64,000 nucleotides of DNA from contig OZ059895.1 in assembly GCA_964057225.1 (NCBI GenBank), forward strand, positions 19,716,001-19,780,000, given 5' to 3'. The translations under genes and the position numbers were made by a program. Positions 1 through 9,700 of the stretch are shown here, piece after piece. The stretch comes from Auanema rhodensis (Eukaryota > Animalia > Nematoda). Position 1 is the first letter of the stretch. The number at the start of each line of letters is the position of its first letter. The notes beneath the pieces are model-generated. The model saw nothing but the letters and a program-made list of their open reading frames with translations, made no database searches and was not told the origin of the DNA.

Positions 1-20
1 AATGCACCGAGATATCAACT

Positions 21-42
21 GATATAAGTTCACACTTATATC
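21..42. other. Inverted repeat H1 (present in each monomer): 9-bp stem, 4-nt loop
   Basis: GATATAAGT (21-29) - TCAC - ACTTATATC (34-42), which is its exact reverse complement. Confidence 0.9.
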
Positions 43-119
43 CTCGATTTTCACCCTGAAGAATTAATTTTTTCGTTGAATAACATTGTCCATCGTCTTT
101 GCCTTGAAAAAAGGAATCT

Positions 120-185
120 AAAAACATCTACTTTTCGCTAAATTATATTGAAATTTTTCGAAAAAATTTTTGTCAAAATGTTTTT
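120..185. other. Imperfect A/T-rich dyad H2 with an internal 12-bp palindrome
   Basis: AAAAACAT (120-127) pairs with ATGTTTTT (178-185). TTTTTCGAAAAA (154-165) and AAAAATTTTT (162-171) are perfect palindromes. In the 'GATAAA' monomer variant, TTTTGATAAA also pairs with TTTGTCAAAA with one mismatch. Confidence 0.7.
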
Positions 186-192
186 GGAAGCA

Positions 193-220
193 ATGTTGAG
201 TGTACATGGAAACTCAACAT
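193..220. other. Inverted repeat H3: 9-bp stem, 10-nt loop
   Basis: ATGTTGAGT (193-201) - GTACATGGAA - ACTCAACAT (212-220), which is its exact reverse complement. Confidence 0.9.
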
Positions 221-654
221 ACACTAATGCATCATTTTTCAAACGATCATAACTAATTTTTCTATAAAGCGTTTCTCAATGTAGTATAGTGCATTCGATG
301 CGGATTTTTAAGCGGCGTCGATCTGCGTTATCAGATTTGCGCTAGCTTAAAAATGCACCGAGATATCAACTGATATAAGTTCACACTTATATCCTCGATT
401 TTCACCCTGAAGAATTAATTTTTTCGTTGAATAACATTGTCCATCGTCTTTGCCTTAAAAAAAGGAATCTAAAAACATCTACTTTTTGATAAATTATTTT
501 AAAATTTTTCGAAAAAATTTTTGTCAAAATGTTTTTGGAAGCAATGTTGAGTGTACATGGAAACTCAACATACACTAATGCATCATTTTTTAAACGATCA
601 TAACTAATTTTTTTATTAAGCGTTTTTCAATGTAGTATAGTGCATTCGATGCGG

Positions 655-705
655 ATTTTTAAGCTGCGTCGATCTGTGTTATCAGATTTGCGCTAGCTTA
701 AAAAT
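655..705. other. Inverted repeat H4 (monomer positions 304-354, shown in copy 2): 51-nt interrupted hairpin
   Basis: ATTTTTAAGCT-GCG-tcg-ATCTG-tgttat-CAGAT-ttg-CGC-t-AGCTTAAAAAT, giving nested stems of 11, 3 and 5 bp. Confidence 0.9.
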
Positions 706-3700
706 GCACCGAGATATCAACTGATATAAGTTCACACTTACATCCTCGATTTTCACCCTGAAGAATTAATTTTTTCGTTGAATAACATTGTCCATCGTCT
801 TTGCCTTGAAAAAAGGAATCTAAAAACATCTACTTTTCGCTAAATTATATTGAAATTTTTCGAAAAAATTTTTGTCAAAATGTTTTTGGAAGCAATGTTG
901 AGTGTACATGGAAACTCAACATACACTAATGCATCATTTTTCAAACGATCATAACTAATTTTTCTATAAAGCGTTTCTCAATTTAGTATAGTGCATTCGA
1001 TGCGGAATTTTAAGCTGCGTCGATCTGTGTTATCAGATTTGCGCTAGCTTAAAAATGCACCGAGATATCAACTGATATAAGTTCACACTTATATCCTCGA
1101 TTTTCACCCTGAAGAATTAATTTTTTCGTTGAATAACATTGTCCATCGTCTTTGCCTTAAAAAAAGGAATCTAAAAACATCTACTTTTTGATAAATTATT
1201 TTAAAATTTTTCGAAAAAATTTTTGTCAAAATGTTTTTGGAAGCAATGTTGAGTGTACATGGAAACTCAACATACACTAATGCATCATTTTTTAAACGAT
1301 CATAACTAATTTTTTTATTAAGCGTTTTTCAATGTAGTATAGTGCATTCGATGCGGATTTTTAAGCTGCGTCGATCTGTGTTATCAGATTTGCGCTAGCT
1401 TAAAAATGCACCGAGATATCAACTGATATAAGTTCACACTTATATCCTCGATTTTCACCCTGAAGAATTAATTTTTTCGTTGAATAACATTGTCCATCGT
1501 CTTTGCCTTGAAAAAAGGAATCTAAAAACATCTACTTTTCGCTAAATTATATTGAAATTTTTCGAAAAAATTTTTGTCAAAATGTTTTTGGAAGCAATGT
1601 TGAGTGTACATGGAAACTCAACATACACTAATGCATCATTTTTCAAACGATCATAACTAATTTTTCTATAAAGCGTTTCTCAATGTAGTATAGTGCATTC
1701 GATGCGGATTTTTAAGCTGCGTCGATCTGTGTTATCAGATTTGCGCTAGCTTAAAAATGCACCGAGATATCAACTGATATAAGTTCACACTTATACCCTC
1801 GATTTTCACCCTGAAGAATTGATTTTTTCGTTGAATCACATTGTCCATCGTCTTTGCCTTGAAAAAAGGAATCTAAAAACATCTACTTTTTGATAAATTA
1901 TTTTAAAATTTTTCGAAAAAATTTTTGTCAAAATGTTTTTGGAAGCAATGTTGAGTGTACATGGAAACTCAACATACACTAATGCATCATTTTTCAAACG
2001 ATCATAACTAATTTTTCTATAAAGCGTTTCTCAATGTAGTATAGTGCATTCGATGCGGATTTTTAAGCTGCGTCGATCTGTGTTATCAGATTTGCGCTAG
2101 CTTAAAAATGCACCGAGATATCAACTGATATAAGTTCACACTTATATCCTCGATTTTCACCCTGAAGAATTAATTTTTTCGTTGAATAACATTGTCCATC
2201 GTCTTTGCCTTAAAAAAAGGAATCTAAAAACATCTACTTTTTGATAAATTATTTTAAAATTTTTCGAAAAAATTTTTGTCAAAATGTTTTTGGAAGCAAT
2301 GTTGAGTGTACATGGAAACTCAACATACACTAATGCATCATTTTTCAAACGATCATAACTAATTTTTCTATAAAGCGTTTCTCAATGTAGTATAGTGCAT
2401 TCGATGCGAATTTTTAAGCTGCGTCGATCTGTGTTCTCAGATTTGCGCTAGCTTAAAAATGCACCGAGATATCAACTGATATAAGTTCACACTTATATCC
2501 TCGATTTTCACCCTGAAGAATTAATTTTTTCGTTGAATAACATTGTCCATCGTCTTTGCCTTAAAAAAAGGAATCTAAAAACATCTACTTTTGCTAGATT
2601 ATTTTGAAATTTCTCGAAAAAATTTTTGTCAAAATGTTTTTGGAAGCAATGTTGAGTGTACATGGAAACTCAACATACACTAATGCATAATTTTTCAAAC
2701 GATCATAACTAATTTTTGTATTAAGCGTTTCTCAATGTAGTATAGTGCATTCGATGCGGATTTTTAAGCTGCGTCGATCTGTGTTATCAGCTTTGCGCTA
2801 GCTTAAAAATGCACCGAGATATCAACTGATATAAGTTCACACTTATACCCTCGATTTTCACCCTGAAGAATTGATTTTTTCGTTGAATCACATTGTCCAT
2901 CGTCTTTGCCTTGAAAAAAGGAATCTAAAAACATCTACTTTTTGATAAATTATTTTAAAATTTTTCGAAAAAATTTTTGTCAAAATGTTTTTGGAAGCAA
3001 TGTTGAGTGTACATGGAAACTCAACATACACTAATGCATCATTTTTCAAACGATCATAACTAATTTTTCTATAAAGCGTTTCTCAATGTAGTATAGTGCA
3101 TTCGATGCGGATTTTTAAGCTGCGTCGATCTGTGTTATCAGATTTGCGCTAGCTTAAAAATGCACCGAGATATCAACTGATATAAGTTCACACTTATATC
3201 CTCGATTTTCACCCTGAAGAATTAATTTTTTCGTTGAATAACATTGTCCATCGTCTTTGCCTTAAAAAAAGGAATCTAAAAACATCTACTTTTTGATAAA
3301 TTATTTTAAAATTTTTCGAAAAAATTTTTGTCAAAATGTTTTTGGAAGCAATGTTGAGTGTACATGGAAACTCAACATACACTAATGCATCATTTTTCAA
3401 ACGATCATAACTAATTTTTCTATAAAGCGTTTCTCAATGTAGTATAGTGCATTCGATGCGAATTTTTAAGCTGCGTCGATCTGTGTTCTCAGATTTGCGC
3501 TAGCTTAAAAATGCACCGAGATATCAACTGATATAAGTTCACACTTATATCCTCGATTTTCACCCTGAAGAATTAATTTTTTCGTTGAATAACATTGTCC
3601 ATCGTCTTTGCCTTAAAAAAAGGAATCTAAAAACATCTACTTTTGCTAGATTATTTTGAAATTTCTCGAAAAAATTTTTGTCAAAATGTTTTTGGAAGCA

Positions 3701-6700
3701 ATGTTGAGTGTACATGGAAACTCAACATACACTAATGCATAATTTTTCAAACGATCATAACTAATTTTTGTATTAAGCGTTTCTCAATGTAGTATAGTGC
3801 ATTCGATGCGGATTTTTAAGCTGCGTCGATCTGTGTTATCAGCTTTGCGCTAGCTTAAAAATGCACCGAGATATCAACTGATATAAGTTCACACTTATAT
3901 CCTCGATTTTCACCCTGAAGAATTAATTTTTTCGTTGAATAACATTGTCCATCGTCTTTGCCTTGAAAAAAGGAATCTAAAAACATCTACTTTTCGCTAA
4001 ATTATATTGAAATTTTTCGAAAAAATTTTTGTCAAAATGTTTTTGGAAGCAATGTTGAGTGTACATGGAAACTCAACATACACTAATGCATCATTTTTCA
4101 AACGATCATAACTAATTTTTCTATAAAGCGTTTCTCAATTTAGTATAGTGCATTCGATGCGGAATTTTAAGCTGCGTCGATCTGTGTTATCAGATTTGCG
4201 CTAGCTTAAAAATGCACCGAGATATCAACTGATATAAGTTCACACTTATACCCTCGATTTTCACCCTGAAGAATTGATTTTTTCGTTGAATCACATTGTC
4301 CATCGTCTTTGCCTTGAAAAAAGGAATCTAAAAACATCTACTTTTCGATAAATTATTTTAAAATGTTTCGAAAAAATTTTTGTCAAAATGTTTTTGGAAG
4401 CAATGTTGAGTGTACATGGAAACTCAACATACACTAATGCATCATTTTTCAAACGATCATAACTAATTTTTCTATAAAGCGTTTCTCAATGTAGTATAGT
4501 GCATTCGATGCGGATTTTTAAGCTGCGTCGATCTGTGTGATCAGATTTGCGCTAGCTTAAAAATGCACCGAGATATCAACTGATATAAGTTCACACTTAT
4601 ATCCTCGATTTTCACCCTGAAGAATTAATTTTTTCGTTGAATAACATTGTCCATCGTCTTTGCCTTAAAAAAAGGAATCTAAAAACATCTACTTTTTGAT
4701 AAATTATTTTAAAATTTTTCGAAAAAATTTTTGTCAAAATGTTTTTGGAAGCAATGTTGAGTGTACATGGAAACTCAACATACACTAATGCATCATTTTT
4801 CAAACGATCATAACTAATTTTTCTATAAAGCGTTTCTCAATGTAGTATAGTGCATTCGATGCGAATTTTTAAGCTGCGTCGATCTGTGTTCTCAGATTTG
4901 CGCTAGCTTAAAAATGCACCGAGATATCAACTGATATAAGTTCACACTTATATCCTCGATTTTCACCCTGAAGAATTAATTTTTTCGTTGAATAACATTG
5001 TCCATCGTCTTTGCCTTAAAAAAAGGAATCTAAAAACATCTACTTTTGCTAGATTATTTTGAAATTTCTCGAAAAAATTTTTGTCAAAATGTTTTTGGAA
5101 GCAATGTTGAGTGTACATGGAAACTCAACATACACTAATGCATAATTTTTCAAACGATCATAACTAATTTTTGTATTAAGCGTTTCTCAATGTAGTATAG
5201 TGCATTCGATGCGGATTTTTAAGCTGCGTCGATCTGTGTTATCAGCTTTGCGCTAGCTTAAAAATGCACCGAGATATCAACTGATATAAGTTCACACTTA
5301 TATCCTCGATTTTCACCCTGAAGAATTAATTTTTTCGTTGAATAACATTGTCCATCGTCTTTGCCTTGAAAAAAGGAATCTAAAAACATCTACTTTTCGC
5401 TAAATTATATTGAAATTTTTCGAAAAAATTTTTGTCAAAATGTTTTTGGAAGCAATGTTGAGTGTACATGGAAACTCAACATACACTAATGCATCATTTT
5501 TCAAACGATCATAACTAATTTTTCTATAAAGCGTTTCTCAATTTAGTATAGTGCATTCGATGCGGAATTTTAAGCTGCGTCGATCTGTGTTATCAGATTT
5601 GCGCTAGCTTAAAAATGCACCGAGATATCAACTGATATAAGTTCACACTTATACCCTCGATTTTCACCCTGAAGAATTGATTTTTTCGTTGAATCACATT
5701 GTCCATCGTCTTTGCCTTGAAAAAAGGAATCTAAAAACATCTACTTTTCGATAAATTATTTTAAAATGTTTCGAAAAAATTTTTGTCAAAATGTTTTTGG
5801 AAGCAATGTTGAGTGTACATGGAAACTCAACATACACTAATGCATCATTTTTCAAACGATCATAACTAATTTTTCTATAAAGCGTTTCTCAATGTAGTAT
5901 AGTGCATTCGATGCGGATTTTTAAGCGGCGTCGATCTGTGTTATCAGATTTGCGCTAGCTTAAAAATGCACCGAGATATCAACTGATATAAGTTCACACT
6001 TATATCCTCGATTTTCACCCTGAAGAATTAATTTTTTCGTTGAATAACATTGTCCATCGTCTTTGCCTTAAAAAAAGGAATCTAAAAACATCTACTTTTT
6101 GATAAATTATTTTAAAATTTTTCGAAAAAATTTTTGTCAAAATGTTTTTGGAAGCAATGTTGAGTGTACATGGAAACTCAACATACACTAATGCATCATT
6201 TTTTAAACGATCATAACTAATTTTTTTATTAAGCGTTTTTCAATGTAGTATAGTGCATTCGATGCGGATTTTTAAGCTGCGTCGATCTGTGTTATCAGAT
6301 TTGCGCTAGCTTAAAAATGCACCGAGATATCAACTGATATAAGTTCACACTTATATCCTCGATTTTCACCCTGAAGAATTAATTTTTTCGTTGAATAACA
6401 TTGTCCATCGTCTTTGCCTTGAAAAAAGGAATCTAAAAACATCTACTTTTCGCTAAATTATATTGATATTTCTCGAAAAAATTTTTGTCAAAATGTTTTT
6501 GGAAGCAATGTTGAGTGTACATGGAAACTCAACATACACTAATGCATCATTTTTCAAACGATCATAACTAATTTTTCTATAAAGCGTTTCTCAATGTAGT
6601 ATAGTGCATTCGATGCGGATTTTTAAGCTGCGTCGATCTGTGTTATCAGATTTGCGCTAGCTTAAAAATGCACCGAGATATCAACTGATATAAGTTCACA

Positions 6701-9700
6701 CTTATACCCTCGATTTTCACCCTGAAGAATTGATTTTTTCGTTGAATCACATTGTCCATCGTCTTTGCCTTGAAAAAAGGAATCTAAAAACATCTACTTT
6801 TTGATAAATTATTTTAAAATTTTTCGAAAAAATTTTTGTCAAAATGTTTTTGGAAGCAATGTTGAGTGTACATGGAAACTCAACATACACTAATGCATCA
6901 TTTTTCAAACGATCATAACTAATTTTTCTATAAAGCGTTTCTCAATGTAGTATAGTGCATTCGATGCGGATTTTTAAGCTGCGTCGATCTGTGTTATCAG
7001 ATTTGCGCTAGCTTAAAAATGCACCGAGATATCAACTGATATAAGTTCACACTTATATCCTCGATTTTCACCCTGAAGAATTAATTTTTTCGTTGAATAA
7101 CATTGTCCATCGTCTTTGCCTTAAAAAAAGGAATCTAAAAACATCTACTTTTTGATAAATTATTTTAAAATTTTTCGAAAAAATTTTTGTCAAAATGTTT
7201 TTGGAAGCAATGTTGAGTGTACATGGAAACTCAACATACACTAATGCATCATTTTTCAAACGATCATAACTAATTTTTCTATAAAGCGTTTCTCAATGTA
7301 GTATAGTGCATTCGATGCGAATTTTTAAGCTGCGTCGATCTGTGTTCTCAGATTTGCGCTAGCTTAAAAATGCACCGAGATATCAACTGATATAAGTTCA
7401 CACTTATATCCTCGATTTTCACCCTGAAGAATTAATTTTTTCGTTGAATAACATTGTCCATCGTCTTTGCCTTAAAAAAAGGAATCTAAAAACATCTATT
7501 TTTGCTAGATTATTTTGAAATTTCTCGAAAAAATTTTTGTCAAAATGTTTTTGGAAGCAATGTTGAGTGTACATGGAAACTCAACATACACTAATGCATA
7601 ATTTTTCAAACGATCATAACTAATTTTTGTATTAAGCGTTTCTCAATGTAGTATAGTGCATTCGATGCGGATTTTCAAGCTGCGTCGATCTGTGTTATCA
7701 GATTTGCGCTAGCTTAAAAATGCACCGAGATATCAACTGATATAAGTTCACACTTATATCCTCGATTTTCACCCTGAAGAATTAATTTTTTCGTTGAGTA
7801 ACAGTGTCCATCGTCTTTGCCTTAAAAAAAGGAATCTAAAAACATCTACTTTTTGATAAATTATTTTAAAATTTTTCGAAAAAATTTTTGTCAAAATGTT
7901 TTTGGAAGCAATGTTGAGTGTACATGGAAACTCAACATACACTAATGCATCATTTTTCAAACGATCATAACTAATTTTTCTATAAAGCGTTTCTCAATGT
8001 AGTATAGTGCATTCGATGCGGATTTTTAAGCTGCGTCGATCTGTGTTATCAGATTTGCGCTAGCTTAAAAATGCACCGAGATATCAACTGATATAAGTTC
8101 ACACTTATATCCTCGATTTTCACCCTGAAGAATTAATTTTTTCGTTGAATAACATTGTCCATCGTCTTTGCCTTAAAAAAAGGAATCTAAAAACATCTAC
8201 TTTTTGATAAATTATTTTAAAATTTTTCGAAAAAATTTTTGTCAAAATGTTTTTGGAAGCAATGTTGAGTGTACATGGAAACTCAACATACACTAATGCA
8301 TCATTTTTCAAACGATCATAACTAATTTTTTTATTAAGCGTTTTTCAATGTAGTATAGTGCATTCGATGCGGATTTTTAAGCTGCGTCGATCTGTGTTAT
8401 CAGATTTGCGCTAGCTTAAAAATGCACCGAGATATCAACTGATATAAGTTCACACTTATACCCTCGATTTTCACCATGAAGAATTGATTTTTTCGTTGAA
8501 TCACATTGTCCATCGTCTTTGCCTTGAAAAAAGGAATCTAAAAACATCTACTTTTTGATAAATTATTTTAAAATTTTTCGAAAAAATTTTTGTCAAAATG
8601 TTTTTGGAAGCAATGTTGAGTGTACATGGAAACTCAACATACACTAATGCATCATTTTTCAAACGATCATAACTAAGTTTTCTATAAAGCGTTTCTCAAT
8701 GTAGTATAGTGCATTCGATGCGGATTTTTAAGCTGCGTCGATCTGTGTTATCAGATTTGCGCTAGCTTAAAAATGCACCGAGATATCAACTGATATAAGT
8801 TCACACTTATATCCTCGATTTTCACCCTGAAGAATTAATTTTTTCGTTGAATAACATTGTCCATCGTCTTTGCCTTAAAAAAAGGAATCTAAAAACATCT
8901 ACTTTTTATAGATTATTTTGAAATTTCTCGAAAAAATTTTTGTCAAAATGTTTTTGGAAGCAATGTTGAGTGTACATGGAAACTCAACATACACTAATGC
9001 ATAATTTTTCAAACGATCATAACTAATTTTTGTATTAAGCGTTTCTCAATGTAGTATAGTGCATTCGATGCGGATTTTCAAGCTGCGTCGATCTGTGTTA
9101 TCAGATTTGCGCTAGCTTAAAAATGCACCGAGATATCAACTGATATAAGTTCACACTTATATCCTCGATTTTCACCCTGAAGAATTAATTTTTTCGTTGA
9201 GTAACAGTGTCCATCGTCTTTGCCTTAAAAAAAGGAATCTAAAAACATCTACTTTTTGATAAATTATTTTAAAATTTTTCGAAAAAATTTTTGTCAAAAT
9301 GTTTTTGGAAGCAATGTTGAGTGTACATGGAAACTCAACATACACTAATGCATCATTTTTCAAACGATCATAACTAATTTTTCTATAAAGCGTTTCTCAA
9401 TGTAGTATAGTGCATTCGATGCGGATTTTTAAGCTGCGTCGATCTGTGTTATCAGATTTGCGCTAGCTTAAAAATGCACCGAGATATCAACTGATATAAG
9501 TTCACACTTATATCCTCGATTTTCACCCTGAAGAATTAATTTTTTCGTTGAATAACATTGTCCATCGTCTTTGCCTTAAAAAAAGGAATCTAAAAACATC
9601 TACTTTTTGATAAATTATTTTAAAATTTTTCGAAAAAATTTTTGTCAAAATGTTTTTGGAAGCAATGTTGAGTGTACATGGAAACTCAACATACACTAAT

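Larger units (their letters stand above)
1..351 (+). repeat. Reference monomer (351 bp, about 68% AT); phase set arbitrarily by the window start
   Basis: Hand count gives 113 G+C in 351 bp. Single sites per typical monomer: EcoRV GATATC 11-16, BstBI TTCGAA 157-162, BsrGI TGTACA 201-206, NsiI ATGCAT 227-232, NheI GCTAGC 341-346. Confidence 0.97.

Noticed and set aside
56-62. CTGAAGA matches the hammerhead ribozyme core CUGANGA; some satellites do encode hammerheads
   Set aside because: I found no partner for stem I (a GGTGAAAA-like sequence is absent on this strand), and no stem II closes onto any downstream GAAA. An Infernal search with the Rfam hammerhead models on a dimer would settle it.
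71-87. TTTCGTTGAATAACATT resembles the start of the CENP-B box (NTTCGNNNNANNCGGGN)
   Set aside because: Only TTCG and the A match; the essential CGGG is missing.
293-301. ATTCGATGC resembles a Pol III B-box
   Set aside because: It mismatches at the first G, there is no convincing A-box or tRNA cloverleaf, and frequent T-runs would terminate Pol III.
1-351. Monomer as an ancient dimer (about 175 bp) or trimer (117 bp); weak similarity of 1-29 (AATGCA..TCAA..GAT.ATAA) to 226-254
   Set aside because: No alignment is visible at offsets of 175 or 117. The single weak match is at offset 225 and is plausible by chance in AT-rich DNA.
1-351. Assignment to a named 350-360-bp insect satellite family on the basis of length and AT content
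   Set aside because: I do not recognise sequence identity to any named family. Length and composition are not diagnostic, so a database search is required.
21-354. Compensatory mutations supporting selection on hairpins H1 and H4
   Set aside because: The stem variants seen (ATACCC, TATATGT, CACACATA, TTCAAG, GGAATTTT, GCGGCG, CTAGATT) are unpaired single changes with no covariation, so structural selection is unproven.
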